Source of the DNA: Nitrosopumilus sp.
GTDB taxonomy: Archaea > Thermoproteota > Nitrososphaeria > Nitrososphaerales > Nitrosopumilaceae
DNA: 64,000 nt
Reading direction: 5' to 3'
NCBI GenBank assembly: GCA_965214775.1
Contig: OZ243974.1
Location: 352,001 to 416,000 of the forward strand
Below the pieces are notes generated by a model. It did not search any database, was not told the origin of the DNA, and saw nothing but the letters and a program-made list of their open reading frames with translations. Position numbers and translations under genes: made by a program. Shown here piece by piece: positions 29,033 through 40,165 of this stretch. How positions within the stretch are numbered: the stretch's first letter is position 1; every line of letters starts with the position of its first letter.

Positions 29033-29920
29033 ATGGCAGAGTTTTTTGATCAGGTCGCCGTCTTGGACAACAACAAAAACATCGAGATCAATCCGTTGCT
29101 TGAAACCTATGGCCAGTACATCACAAAGATAGACCGGGCCCTCAAAAGAGAGCTGGACCTGTACTCAGAATCAGAGTTCATCGAGCCACTAAAGTACTCC
29201 CTGGAGGGAGGCAAGCGCATTCGCCCGATAATTTTGGCACTGGCAGCAGAAAGCGTAGGCAAGGTTGACGATGACACGCTGGCAGCATCCTGCTGTGCCG
29301 TAGAGTTCCTGCACATGGAGTCAATCATTCATGACGACATCATCGACAATGAAACCATGAGAAGGCACAAGGATCCGTTTCACATCAAATACGGGTACAA
29401 CACCAGCGTGCTTACCGGGGATTTTGTCTTGGGCCTGATCCTGGCAATTTCATCCAGGCTTGACAACGCCAGAATCACAAAGGATCTGGCAACAACTGCA
29501 ATGCTGATGAGCGAGGGCGAGATGATCGAGGGCAGGCTGGAGGCAAGCCAGGACGTCACCTTTGATGATTATCTCAAGGTTATCGAGTACAAGACTGCAA
29601 CTGCGTTTGAGGTTGCTGCCAGGACAGGGGCAGTAATTGCAAAAGGCACAGAAGAGCAGGTGGAGGCACTGACAGAATACGGGAAAAACATCGGCATTGC
29701 GTATCAGATCAGGGACGACCTGCTGGATTGGAAAAACGAAGACAAGCTGTTCAATTTGCTGATTAAAAAGAGCGCAGATCCCAGGGACGTCTTTGACAGA
29801 ATGGAGGAGCTGCTAAAGGAATACTCGGAAAAGGCAAGGGCCGGACTGAGAAAGATTCCGGATAACAACGCCAAGGGCAACCTGGATAACCTAATCAAGT
29901 TTACCTCGTTTAAGGCATGA
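29033..29920 (+). CDS. Polyprenyl (geranylgeranyl) diphosphate synthase
   Basis: GGKRIRP, HDDIID, YKTA, YQIRDDLLD. Confidence 0.93.
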   Translation: MAEFFDQVAVLDNNKNIEINPLLETYGQYITKIDRALKRELDLYSESEFIEPLKYSLEGGKRIRPIILALAAESVGKVDDDTLAASCCAVEFLHMESIIHDDIIDNETMRRHKDPFHIKYGYNTSVLTGDFVLGLILAISSRLDNARITKDLATTAMLMSEGEMIEGRLEASQDVTFDDYLKVIEYKTATAFEVAARTGAVIAKGTEEQVEALTEYGKNIGIAYQIRDDLLDWKNEDKLFNLLIKKSADPRDVFDRMEELLKEYSEKARAGLRKIPDNNAKGNLDNLIKFTSFKA

Positions 29921-31397
29921 GGCCCAAGCCGAGAGCAGGCGTTGCAAACTCTACAAACTGCAGAACCGGCTCCGGATAGACGCCAAATCCCACCAGGAAC
30001 GCAATTGAGAATATCATTACGCCAATTACTGATTTTGGTTCTCTGACCCTCCTTTCTTTCTCCCCCTCAAAGTACATCTTTCTTGTGATCCAGCCATAGT
30101 ATGCAAGCGATAGTGCACTGTTAAGAACGCCGGCAATTGCCAGCCACGGGGCCCATTGCAGCGTGGCGCCTGCGTCAAGTGCGCCTCCAAACAGCATGAT
30201 CTTGCTCCAAAAGCCCGCAAGAGGCGGAACTCCTGCCAGTGCAAACAGCGAGATGACCATTCCAAGAGAAGTGATCGGCATTCGCCTTCCAAGGCCCTTG
30301 AGCTTGTCAATGTGGGTTACTGCCAGAGTTGTCACGATTCCCGCAATTGCAATGAATGCCGCACCCTTCATTACTGCGTGATTCAGAATCTGGTAAAGCG
30401 AGCCCTGCAGGCCCAGGGAGCTGTGGGGGGCAACTGCAAGTCCGATCAGTATGTATCCCGCATGCGCGATGCTGGAATAGGCCAGCATTCTGGATATGCT
30501 CTTTTGCATGATTGCCGCAACGTTTCCAACAGTCATCGTCATGACGGCAAGAATGCCAAGGGCCAGGGTCCAGTCAACGTTTAGGACCGCCATTCCAAGG
30601 ACGACAATCCTGATTGTCGCTGCAAATCCCGCCTTTTTTGTTGCGGCAGCCAGCAATGCGGCAATTGTAGGGGGTGCCCCCTCATAGGTGTCCGGCAGCC
30701 ACTGGTGGAAGGGCACAAGGCCCATCTTGAATCCGAATCCCGCGATAAACATTCCGACAGACAGCAGTGCCAGCGGATACAGCGAGGGATCAAGCGTCGC
30801 ATATCCCCTGATTACCTCGCCGATGTTCGTAGATCCGGTCAGGCCATAGGACAGCGAGATGCCATAGACGATTATTGCAGAAGACAGGGCGCCAAACAAA
30901 AAGTACTTGAGGGCCGCCTCGTTGGAACTGGGATTTCTCTTCATAAATCCGACCATGACATATGTCGGAATGCTCATGAGTTCCCAGGCAACAAACAGCA
31001 TTACAAGGTCCGTCGAGTAGGCAACAAGAACCATGCCGATTGTCGAAAGAAGGATCAGCGAATAGTAGACGGCAGGAGAAGAGCCTTGTTTTCTCATATA
31101 GTTCAAGGAGCCAACAGTAGTAAAGACGGCCACAATCAGCAGTGCAATTGCAAAGAACCCGCCAAACGCATCATCTGCAAGTACGTCCTCAGAGAACAGG
31201 ACAGACGGCACTATGTGCTCGCTTACAAACTGGTATCCCACATAGCCCATTGAGACGGCAAGCGCTGCAAACGCAATTACCGCATAAAACGAGTTGGAGC
31301 CCCTCTCCTTTCTTGCAATGCTTATGATTGGAAGGGCAACGCCTACGGTTCCCAGTATTGCAATGAGTATCAATGGGGTGGAGGTAATTTCTAGCAT
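29910..31397 (-). CDS. nuoN: NADH-quinone oxidoreductase subunit N
   Basis: EAALKYF, FKMGLVPFHQWLPDTYEGAP. Confidence 0.95.
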   Translation of the reverse strand: MLEITSTPLILIAILGTVGVALPIISIARKERGSNSFYAVIAFAALAVSMGYVGYQFVSEHIVPSVLFSEDVLADDAFGGFFAIALLIVAVFTTVGSLNYMRKQGSSPAVYYSLILLSTIGMVLVAYSTDLVMLFVAWELMSIPTYVMVGFMKRNPSSNEAALKYFLFGALSSAIIVYGISLSYGLTGSTNIGEVIRGYATLDPSLYPLALLSVGMFIAGFGFKMGLVPFHQWLPDTYEGAPPTIAALLAAATKKAGFAATIRIVVLGMAVLNVDWTLALGILAVMTMTVGNVAAIMQKSISRMLAYSSIAHAGYILIGLAVAPHSSLGLQGSLYQILNHAVMKGAAFIAIAGIVTTLAVTHIDKLKGLGRRMPITSLGMVISLFALAGVPPLAGFWSKIMLFGGALDAGATLQWAPWLAIAGVLNSALSLAYYGWITRKMYFEGEKERRVREPKSVIGVMIFSIAFLVGFGVYPEPVLQFVEFATPALGLGLMP

Positions 31398-31412
31398 CTC
31401 AAATCAGCACCC

Positions 31413-33494
31413 CTACATCAACAATATCAAGACTACGAACAATAGTCCTGCTCCAAATACGAATAGGTATGACTGCGAGACGCCGGTCTGGGTTCCCTGC
31501 ACGACTCGGGCCCCCCAGGAAGCTGCCTTTTGGAACCCGTCGTTCATGCCGTAATCCATTGCGGTCCTTTCAAAGTATCTGAACACGCCCCTTGCCAGCC
31601 ACAGCGGCGCCACGACAAAGCACCAGTAGATAATCGCGTTGAGATACCACCTGTTTAGGACGACTTTGTGAACTGCGTAAAAGAGGATGTTTGAGTTTAC
31701 AAACCTGACAGGATCAACCCATCTGCCGATGTAGAATATGTAGCCCAGTCCGATTCCCGTGGCAAACGCCACAAGCGAGGCGCCAAGTGCCGTCGGGTTG
31801 ATACCGCTCAAAAAGTCCGGCAGTATAGAGGATTCAGCCTTTGCGTATTCACTGCTGTGAATGCCAAATGAATCTTCAAGGTATACCTCGAACATGTGAT
31901 GCAGTCCGTGCTCCGTTGATAGTCCGATCAGCCCGATTCCAATAGTAAGGACTGCAAGGATTCCGTACGGGACCCACATTGACAGTGATGCCTCGTGGAT
32001 GTGATGCCCTTCCTGCTCCATCTTTTGGATGTGCCTGCTCTTGTCTCCAAAGAAGACCATCCCAATCATTCTCGTAGTATAAAACGCAGTAATTATCGCA
32101 GTCAGCACCGCGACTGCAAACAGTGGCAGCGCCCATTCGCTTCCCGACGTATGCACCGATGCGAAGATCGCATCCTTGCTCCAAAAGCCCGTGGTGATAA
32201 ATGGCGCCCCCATCAGGCCAAGGCCTGCAGCCCACATGAATGCGTAGGTCTTCCTCATCTGCTTTCTCAGGCCTCCCATGTCGGTCATAAACCTAGAGCC
32301 GACAACATGCAGCAGCGAGCCTGCTGCCATGAACAGCGAGGCCTTGAACATTGCGTGGGAGATCAGGTGGAAGAATCCCGCAGTATAGCCGTCAACGTAC
32401 TGGTGGGACAGTCCTGCAACGCCTAGTGCCATCATCATGTAGCCAATCTGGGAGCCGGTAGAATAGGCAAGGACCTTCTTGATTTCCGGATTTACCATCC
32501 CCTGCGTTGCAAGCAACAGGGCAGTTATGGCGCCAACCCATGCGACAATCTCAAAGAACTGGTTTGCCATGATTCCGGCAGCCCCCAATGCAAAGACGAT
32601 GGGGCCGATTCTTGCAACCAGGAATACGCCTGCCTTGACCATTGTGGCAGCATGGATAAGGGCAGAGACTGCAGTCGGGCCGGTCATGGCCTCCAGGAGC
32701 CACTCGTTGAGCGGGAACTGCGCTGATTTGCCCACAGCGCCGCCAAACAGCAGTACAAACGCAGGAACAAGCATGCCTTCTGCATTCATTGCTATTGCCC
32801 ATTCGGTTCCTCCCATGAGTTCCTTGAAGCCAAATGTTCCGGCATACAGGAATATCAAGAGCATGCCTGCAATCATCATCACGTCGCCGACCTTGGTCAT
32901 GATGAAGGCCTTCATGCCTGCATGTGTCGGCGCATAGTAGTCCAGCAGGCCAAGCGCAGTGCGTCCCTCCTGTCCTACATGATCCCTCTTTTTGTCACGG
33001 TACCAAAAGCTGATCAGCATGTACGATGCAAGACCGACGCCCTCCCAGCCAAAGAAGACCTGCAGCAGGTTGTCAGACAGTACGATCAACTGCATCGAAC
33101 CAATAAAGAACATCATCCAGAACCAGAATCTCATAATGTCCCTGTCGCCTTTCATGTAGCCGGTGCTGTAAATCATGATGAGAAACGAGATCCAGCCGAC
33201 TACATTTGCCATGATTACTGACAGCGGGTCGGCCAGTACGCCGCCCTTTAGCCCGATTGCCTCAATCCACATAATCTGTTTGTGAATCTCAGAGCCCTCG
33301 ACTGCAATCGGCAGCAACGATGCGGCAGATAACGCGCTCATTAATGCAAATCCGACTGCAACGTATCCCGTTGCCTGCCTGGACAGTCTTCCAACGCCCG
33401 GCATGATCATCGCGGCTGCAAACGGCAGAATCCAGACCAGCCATGCCGCAGCTGACGTTGCTTCAAACGGTAATCCGACAGATTCAGTTGCCAT
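31413..33494 (-). CDS. nuoL: NADH-quinone oxidoreductase subunit L
   Basis: GKSAQFPL..WL.EAMTGPTAVSALIHAATMV, HAMFKA. Confidence 0.96.
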   Translation of the reverse strand: MATESVGLPFEATSAAAWLVWILPFAAAMIMPGVGRLSRQATGYVAVGFALMSALSAASLLPIAVEGSEIHKQIMWIEAIGLKGGVLADPLSVIMANVVGWISFLIMIYSTGYMKGDRDIMRFWFWMMFFIGSMQLIVLSDNLLQVFFGWEGVGLASYMLISFWYRDKKRDHVGQEGRTALGLLDYYAPTHAGMKAFIMTKVGDVMMIAGMLLIFLYAGTFGFKELMGGTEWAIAMNAEGMLVPAFVLLFGGAVGKSAQFPLNEWLLEAMTGPTAVSALIHAATMVKAGVFLVARIGPIVFALGAAGIMANQFFEIVAWVGAITALLLATQGMVNPEIKKVLAYSTGSQIGYMMMALGVAGLSHQYVDGYTAGFFHLISHAMFKASLFMAAGSLLHVVGSRFMTDMGGLRKQMRKTYAFMWAAGLGLMGAPFITTGFWSKDAIFASVHTSGSEWALPLFAVAVLTAIITAFYTTRMIGMVFFGDKSRHIQKMEQEGHHIHEASLSMWVPYGILAVLTIGIGLIGLSTEHGLHHMFEVYLEDSFGIHSSEYAKAESSILPDFLSGINPTALGASLVAFATGIGLGYIFYIGRWVDPVRFVNSNILFYAVHKVVLNRWYLNAIIYWCFVVAPLWLARGVFRYFERTAMDYGMNDGFQKAASWGARVVQGTQTGVSQSYLFVFGAGLLFVVLILLM

Positions 33495-33497
33495 AAC

Positions 33498-35101
33498 CTA
33501 CACTCCCAGCACTCCGCTCATGTAGCCCATGATGGTCTTCAGGAAGATGTCAGGATAAATCCCCAGGACAACCGTGAATCCTGCCAACACCATCATCGGT
33601 GCAGTCATGTACCAGCTGCCGCCTTCCCTGAGATTCTCAAGATGCTCGGCGTTTTGCCAAAGAATACGCGCTTTAGCATCCATAGCATGTAGGACATTGT
33701 CAGGGCCGTTGCGACCAGTCCGAGGCCAAATGTCACTGCCCGAAGTGTCGAGCCCTCTGCAACTGCGGTTTCCAATGCCCCGTAAAACAGAATCCATTCG
33801 CCCATAAATCCGCTGGTTGGCGGAATGCCCATTATTGTAAGTGCGCCAATTACCGCACATACGGCGGTGATCGGCATCTTTCCTGCAATGCCGCCAAGCT
33901 TTGAGATGCTTCTGGTGCCGGCTTTGACGATGATTATTCCTGCCATCATGAAGAGTATGCCTTTTCCAAGTCCGTGGGTGATATACATCATCTCGGCTCC
34001 TGCCATGCCCATTACAGACATCGAGCCTATGCCAAACAGCAGGTACCCCATCTGGCTGATGCTAGAATATGCCAAGAGCCGCTTGATGTCGTCTTGCATC
34101 AGGGCCATTGCGCCGCCATAAATCATGGTGACAAGCCCCCAGACATGGAACCAGATCGAGAGTTCTGAAAATGTTGCAGGCAGGAACTCGACAATCAGCC
34201 TAAAGATCCCATAGGCACCGATTCCGATCATTGCCGGTGACAGCAAGGCACTGATCGGGGTGGGGGCCGAGCCGTGAACGTAAGGCAGCCAGATGTGGAA
34301 CATAAAGACTGCAAGCTTGACGCCCAATCCCACTGCAATTGCAATCGCGGAGATCAGCACGACGTCTGGCGGGATCTCAGATTCCCGGATGTCTGCAAAG
34401 TCAAAACTGCCAATAGTCAGGCCTATCATCAGAAAGCCCAGGAGCAAAACGACTGCGCCGGCATGGGTCCAGAACAGGAACATCAGGCCAATCTTTCTTC
34501 TTGGGCCGTCTCCCCACAGTGCAACAAGGAAGAAACCGGGAATCAGCATCACCTCAAAGAAGATGTAAAATTCAATCAGGTTGGTTGCAAGTACCGTGCC
34601 AAGCATTCCCATTGCAAAGACAAGATAAAGTGCAAAGTACAGGCCGGACTTTGCATTCACGTAATTAGAAAGTGCAGGTGACTCAACAACCAGGCTTGTT
34701 CCAGAAGGGGTGGCAGTAGTAGAGATAGTAGCAGAGGAGGAAGCAGAGGAGGCAGAAGCAGTATTCTCTTTTTGTTCCTCCTCAAACTGCTCATGGAACT
34801 TGTGAATCATGTATGGTTTTGAGTACAGAACCAGGATTGTTGACAATACATAGATGATTATTGCAAATGGCGATGCAAGGCCGTCCAGCAGGAATCCAAA
34901 CTCGCCAAACTGCCCGGTCCACGGATAGTGCTCCTCGACTGTTCCAGACAGCGCCGCGTTTATGATGATAACTGTGGCGTAAAGCAGGACTGCAAACGTA
35001 AACCACATTGCCAGGGTAGGTCCTGCCCTGCGTCCCAGAACATAGGCAATCGGAGACAACAGTAAAGGCAAGAAGACTGCCTGCAATAACGCGTATTCCA
35101 T
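33498..35101 (-). CDS. nuoM: NADH-quinone oxidoreductase subunit M (1-bp frameshift at ~33648, probably artefact)
   Basis: FHIWLPYVH, LLAYSSISQMG; the C-terminus (EHLENLREGG...LGIYP) is in an adjacent frame. Confidence 0.9.
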
Positions 35102-35406
35102 TATCCCTTCAAGCTCCTAAAGTTGGCAATATCGACGTTCTGGTACATGCGATATGCCACGATGATAAGTGACAGTCCGACGCCGACTTCTGCGGCGGCA
35201 ATTGCAATGGAGAACAGTGCCAGGGACTCGCCGGCTGCATGAGACAGGTATCTTCCAAACGCGACGATGTTGAGGTTTGCAGCATTGATGATGATCTCGA
35301 CTGCAAAAAGCATCCTGATGAAGTTGCGTTTTACTGCTAGTCCGTAGATTCCAATGCCCAGCAGTGCCACGGAGACCAGCGTGAAATCAACTAGTTCGTT
35401 GGTCAT
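35101..35406 (-). CDS. nuoK: NADH-quinone oxidoreductase subunit K
   Basis: RMLFAVEII.NA, IAAAEVGVGL. Confidence 0.93.
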   Translation of the reverse strand: MTNELVDFTLVSVALLGIGIYGLAVKRNFIRMLFAVEIIINAANLNIVAFGRYLSHAAGESLALFSIAIAAAEVGVGLSLIIVAYRMYQNVDIANFRSLKG

Positions 35407-35944
35407 TCTCCACATCCTCCTCCTTCTCCTTCTCCTTCTTCTCATCCTCTTCTTCCTCCTCTTCGCGTCTGGCCAGAACCAGGGCCCCCGTAACTGAGCC
35501 TGCCAAAATCAGGGCCATCAGAATTAATGCCGGCCAGTAATAGGTAACAAAACTCATGCCAATGTCCCTAAACTCGGCTGCCGGCTCGTCAGTCGTGATT
35601 GTCTTGATTCCCGAGTCCAGGAAAACTGCACCCAGTGCAACCATGACTACCAGCATAAGCCCGATGCCTGCAAACTTTCTTCTCCTATCCTCAATCTTCT
35701 TGAAGATGAGTTCCCTCTTTACGAGCATCACGGTAAAGAGAATCAGTACTGCAATAGAGCCGACGTATACTGCCAGCTGGAACAGCGCGACAAACGGCGC
35801 GTCTAACAAAAAGAAGAATCCCGCAATACCCCCAAGGGTTCCCATTAATGCAATGGAGCCATAAACCAGGGATCTTAGCTCAAGTGCGGCAATTGCAGAG
35901 CCGATTGTAATTACGGTTAATGCCAAAAATGCCGCATCAGCCAT
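35387..35944 (-). CDS. nuoJ: NADH-quinone oxidoreductase subunit J
   Basis: FQLAVYVGSIAVLILFTVML; acidic C-terminal tail. Confidence 0.93.
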   Translation of the reverse strand: MADAAFLALTVITIGSAIAALELRSLVYGSIALMGTLGGIAGFFFLLDAPFVALFQLAVYVGSIAVLILFTVMLVKRELIFKKIEDRRRKFAGIGLMLVVMVALGAVFLDSGIKTITTDEPAAEFRDIGMSFVTYYWPALILMALILAGSVTGALVLARREEEEEEDEKKEKEKEEDVENDQRTS

Positions 35945-36434
35945 GTGTTGCGCCTCTGTCAGTAATTTGGATTTCACTGTCTTGCCGAACGTACGGCTTG
36001 ACTGCAAGCTGTGCAGGAGTGTAAATCAGCCCCTCCTTGCTAAAGGAGGACAGTTCATAGTCATTAGTCATGTAAAGTGCATAAAACGGACATGCATCGA
36101 CACACAGCCCGCAAAAGACGCATTTTCCGTAGTCAATCTGCGGCATGATGGATTTCTTGTTCTGTGTCTGGTTGTCTGGAACCTTGACCATTGCAATGGC
36201 TTCTGCAACGCCCTCGCATGCAATCGAGCACAGCTGGCATCCGGTACAATGATCATGAAACAGCATGTGCCGTCCCTTGATTCCCGCGATTCCCACCCCG
36301 GTGGAGGGATCAAACTGATAGCCGTCCCCGGCAAACTTTAGCTTTTCTTCGGGATAGCGCAGGGTGAATCGCTTGACTGCAATGTGCTTGATTCCGGAGT
36401 TTAGCGCTTTGATGATGCCTGTTGCAGTTCCCAT
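35937..36434 (-). CDS. nuoI: NADH-quinone oxidoreductase subunit I
   Basis: Two CxxCxxCxxxC ferredoxin motifs. Confidence 0.95.
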   Translation of the reverse strand: MGTATGIIKALNSGIKHIAVKRFTLRYPEEKLKFAGDGYQFDPSTGVGIAGIKGRHMLFHDHCTGCQLCSIACEGVAEAIAMVKVPDNQTQNKKSIMPQIDYGKCVFCGLCVDACPFYALYMTNDYELSSFSKEGLIYTPAQLAVKPYVRQDSEIQITDRGATHG

Positions 36435-37735
36435 TATTGCAAGCCTCCCGGTCCTAGCACTCCGGCGTAAAGCAGGGCCAGAGCAACAAAGATGTTGACG
36501 AATGCAAGCCCGATGAGCTTGGTCCATCCAAGACTCAGCAACATGTCGATTCTGATTCTCGGAAAGACGCCCCTTGGCAGCAGTATGAAGAATATCACCC
36601 CGACAGTCTTGATAACAAACCAGAGGGTTCCATTCAGCATTGCCTGATCAAACAACGGCAGTCCGGGGAACGGTCCGACTTTGACAGGCCCCATCTCGAC
36701 TCCTACAAGAAGCTCCTCGGGGAACGGAGGTACGATCATCGGGCCGTTCCATCCGCCCAGGAACAGCACCACAAACAGGGCTGCAAACGCATAAAGTTTC
36801 AGATAGGTTCCCAGCTGAACCAGGCCGTACATCATTCCCGAGAATTCAGTCAGCCATCCGGCCACGATCTCGCTTTCGGCTTCAGGCAAATCAAACGGAA
36901 TTCTTTCAAGCTCGGCCAGCATCGTAATGAAGAACACGATCGCCCCAACAGGCAGGAATACAATCCACGGGAAGAATGACTGGCTTGCCGAGATTTCTGA
37001 CAGGTTGAGGGTTCCCGTGACTATTACGACTCCCAGCAGCGACAGAATCAACGGAATTTCAAATGAGACCATTTGGAAGAGGGCCCTGATTCCCCCAATG
37101 AAGGGGAACTTGCTGTTTGCAGACCATGCAGAAAGAATGGTGATGATTGGGAAGAATCCAATCACTGCAAAGACGCCAAGCAGTCCCATGTCCACGTCTG
37201 CGACAACCCAGCCGCCAGGCGCCACCGGAATCAGTGCGACAAATGCAGCTGCGGCCCCCACAAACAGGACAGGTGCCGCCCAGAAGATCGGCTTGTCGGC
37301 TTTTGCAGGAATGATTATCTCCTTGGAGATCAGCTTTAGTCCGTCGCCCATCAGCTGTAAGATTCCCTCAATCTTTCCACAGTAAAAGGGGCCGACCCTG
37401 AGTTGTAATTTTGCCAGCATCTTTCTTTCGACAAAGATGGTTCCTGCAGCAAGCAGTGCGGCAAAGCCAAATCCGGGAAAGGCCGCAATTCTGAAAAGGT
37501 CTGTTGCCATCAGGGCATGAATGACCGGAAGAAGCCTGGTCGGGTCTGCCAGCCAGGTAAATGCAAGGAACGGGGTAAGCAGTTCGCCATAGATTACAGG
37601 CATTTCAATGTAGAACAGGGCGATCTGGACTGCCGGAATTCCAACAATTGTCATCAGCAACAGAACCCAGAAGATATTGTCAAGCAGGGACTTGACAAAT
37701 TCGCTTAGTTTGAACTTTGGCGCAATTACCGACAT
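36434..37735 (-). CDS. nuoH: NADH-quinone oxidoreductase subunit H
   Basis: ERKMLAKLQLRVGP, RIPFDLPEAESE. Confidence 0.96.
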   Translation of the reverse strand: MSVIAPKFKLSEFVKSLLDNIFWVLLLMTIVGIPAVQIALFYIEMPVIYGELLTPFLAFTWLADPTRLLPVIHALMATDLFRIAAFPGFGFAALLAAGTIFVERKMLAKLQLRVGPFYCGKIEGILQLMGDGLKLISKEIIIPAKADKPIFWAAPVLFVGAAAAFVALIPVAPGGWVVADVDMGLLGVFAVIGFFPIITILSAWSANSKFPFIGGIRALFQMVSFEIPLILSLLGVVIVTGTLNLSEISASQSFFPWIVFLPVGAIVFFITMLAELERIPFDLPEAESEIVAGWLTEFSGMMYGLVQLGTYLKLYAFAALFVVLFLGGWNGPMIVPPFPEELLVGVEMGPVKVGPFPGLPLFDQAMLNGTLWFVIKTVGVIFFILLPRGVFPRIRIDMLLSLGWTKLIGLAFVNIFVALALLYAGVLGPGGLQ

Positions 37736-38871
37736 TATCTATCTGCCTCCACCGGCCAGTAATTAAGACTCCAGTAGACGGAGGGCATGTTTCCAAGCTT
37801 TTCGCCTTTTAGCAGATATGGCAGTGCAATCAGGTTTCTAAAGGAACCGACGCTCATCTTTACCCTGTAGGGTTCTGGCTTTCCATCAGATACGATGTAG
37901 CAACCCAGGGAGCCCCTGCCTGATTCTACGCGCTTGTATACAGTCTCTGGGCCCTTGGTTTTTGGATTTGGTTTTAGTTTTTTTCTGACCGAGCCGGACT
38001 TTGGCATCTTTTGTAATGCCTGCCTGATGATGTTGCAGCTTTCCATCATGTCAAGCCACGGAACCCTGGATCTTGCATAAGAGTCGCCTTCCTTCATCAC
38101 ACTGGTATGAACGTCTAGTTCGTCATAGACGTCGTACGGTTCCTTTACGCGAAGATCGTAATCAACGCCGCTTGCCCTCAGGACAGAGCCGGTGGTTCCC
38201 AGTCTGATTGCATCCTGCCTTGACAGAACGCCGGTATCCCTTGTTCTGGAAATCAGAATCGGGTTGTCATAAAATATTGCGGCATATTCTTTGATTCTTT
38301 TTTCAAAGTAGTTTACCTGACGCAAACACACATCCTCAAAGTTGGGAGGAAGATCGTTTCTTACGCCGCCTGGAACAAAATGCGCATGTGTGACTCTTGC
38401 ACCGGTCATTTTTTCCATAAGATCAATCAAGAGCTCGCGATCACCGGCAGGCCACATGAACATCGTAGAGTGTCCCAGGAAGATGCCGTAAATTGCAAGC
38501 CAGTACATCGTATAGATGCAACGGTTAAGCTCCGAGGCAACAACCCGGACATACTTTGCGCGCTCTGGAACCTCAATTCCTAAAATTTCTTCAGCTCCCA
38601 AGACATACGGATAAAGGACGTTGCAAGAGTCGTGAATTACCGGCCTTTCCAAGTGCGGAATGTTTGTGACATAGTTTCTGTATTCTGCCATTTTCTCTTC
38701 TCCGCGATGTACATAGCCGGGATCAGGGTCACATGCGACAATATAGTCGCCGTCAATCTGTACAACAATTCTCATGTGGCCAGAGCCCGGATGCTGCGGT
38801 CCGACGTTGAGAGTCATTATCCTCTCATCTGCTTTTTGGAGTGCTAATCCCGGAGGCAGTTCTGCTGTCAT
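37735..38871 (-). CDS. nuoD: NADH-quinone oxidoreductase subunit D
   Basis: NVGPQHP, GYVHRGEEK, C-terminal EADR. Confidence 0.96.
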   Translation of the reverse strand: MTAELPPGLALQKADERIMTLNVGPQHPGSGHMRIVVQIDGDYIVACDPDPGYVHRGEEKMAEYRNYVTNIPHLERPVIHDSCNVLYPYVLGAEEILGIEVPERAKYVRVVASELNRCIYTMYWLAIYGIFLGHSTMFMWPAGDRELLIDLMEKMTGARVTHAHFVPGGVRNDLPPNFEDVCLRQVNYFEKRIKEYAAIFYDNPILISRTRDTGVLSRQDAIRLGTTGSVLRASGVDYDLRVKEPYDVYDELDVHTSVMKEGDSYARSRVPWLDMMESCNIIRQALQKMPKSGSVRKKLKPNPKTKGPETVYKRVESGRGSLGCYIVSDGKPEPYRVKMSVGSFRNLIALPYLLKGEKLGNMPSVYWSLNYWPVEADR

Positions 38872-38872
38872 T

Positions 38873-39601
38873 TTATCTTCCCTTTATTGCAAAGTCCTTT
38901 CTAAGCGGCGGCAGGTCTGCCCAGTCCTCAGGCAGGAGCAAGCGTCTGTTGTCTGGATGGCCCTCAAAGTAAACTCCCAACATTTCAAAGACCTCCCTTT
39001 CGCCAAACTCAACACTGTAAAAGACGTCTCTAAGGCTCGGTAGTTTTGTGGAATCCTTTCCCGGGATTGGATCTTCCTCTCTTGGGGCCCTTGTTGCCAA
39101 GACAAGAATCTGTCTTGCCAACGAGGAATCGGTGTAGGAGCCAATATGATAAACAACCTCGATTTCGTTATCGGCAGGAAAATCTACGCCCGTGACAGAT
39201 TCGACATGATCATAGTTTAGGCCATCACGGACAAATTCAGCGACTTTATGGACGTTTTCTTTACTTGTGTTGATTCTGACCCGGTCTTCTTTAACAAAAC
39301 CGACTTTTACCTTATCTCCAAACTTTTCAACTAGTTTGTCAGATATTCCTTTTTCAAATGCAGGCAATTCAACGGGTTTTTCTTCAGGTTTCTTTGGTGC
39401 GGGTTTTGCCGGGGCCGGTTTTGCATCTGGTGCGGGTTTTGCCGGGGCCGGTTTTGCATCTGGTGCGGGTTTTGCATCTGGTGCGGGTTTTGCATCTGGT
39501 GCGGGTTTTGCATCTGGTGCGGGTTTTGCATCTGGTGCGGGTTTTGCCGGGGCCGGTTTTGCATCTGGTGCGGGTTTTTCAGAATCACTACTACTCATCA
39601 T
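38873..39601 (-). CDS. nuoC: NADH-quinone oxidoreductase subunit C with N-terminal PAPDAK repeats
   Basis: EREVFEMLGVYFEGHPD.RRLL, PLRKDF. Confidence 0.94.
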   Translation of the reverse strand: MMSSSDSEKPAPDAKPAPAKPAPDAKPAPDAKPAPDAKPAPDAKPAPDAKPAPAKPAPDAKPAPAKPAPKKPEEKPVELPAFEKGISDKLVEKFGDKVKVGFVKEDRVRINTSKENVHKVAEFVRDGLNYDHVESVTGVDFPADNEIEVVYHIGSYTDSSLARQILVLATRAPREEDPIPGKDSTKLPSLRDVFYSVEFGEREVFEMLGVYFEGHPDNRRLLLPEDWADLPPLRKDFAIKGR

Positions 39602-40122
39602 ACAAACTTCCTGGCCTTCATTCTCTTGATTTTTTCTTGTAACAACATGCATCCTTGGATGAGAGTCTCAGGTCTGGGCGGGCAACCTGGAACATAGACA
39701 TCGACTGGAATTACCCCGTCAATTCCCGGAAGAACGTTGTAAGAGTCAAAATACAATCCCCCAGTAATTGCACATGCTCCCATGGCAATTACATACTTTG
39801 GTTCTGGCATTTGATCATAAACTAATCTGAGACGCGGTGCCATTTTTCTAGTGATCGTTCCCTGAACAACAATCAGATCACACTGTCTGAGTGATCCAAA
39901 CGCTTCAATGATACCGAATCTTTCAACATCGTATCTCGGACTTGATGCTGCGCCAAATTCAACACTGCAGCAGGCCGTTTCAATGTGCACAGGCCAGAGT
40001 GACCAAATTCTGCCCCAGTTTATGGCGTAGCCCAGCGGTTTGTCGATTGCTTTTTCTAAAATATCGCCCAACTTTCCAACAAAGACATTTGCGTTTTCTG
40101 GCGTAACCAAGTCCTTTAGCAA
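39598..40122 (-). CDS. nuoB: NADH-quinone oxidoreductase subunit B
   Basis: TACCSVE, AMGACA, VPGCPPRPE. Confidence 0.96.
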   Translation of the reverse strand: MLKDLVTPENANVFVGKLGDILEKAIDKPLGYAINWGRIWSLWPVHIETACCSVEFGAASSPRYDVERFGIIEAFGSLRQCDLIVVQGTITRKMAPRLRLVYDQMPEPKYVIAMGACAITGGLYFDSYNVLPGIDGVIPVDVYVPGCPPRPETLIQGCMLLQEKIKRMKARKFV

Positions 40123-40165
40123 TCTTATCCCCTATCCTCCTCGTAAATGTAATTTGTATAAATAA

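Noticed and set aside
33640-33660. nuoM as a pseudogene or programmed frameshift
   Set aside because: A single missing base in a core gene of an otherwise intact operon is most likely a sequencing/assembly indel; it also lowers trust in the other 1-bp frameshifts.
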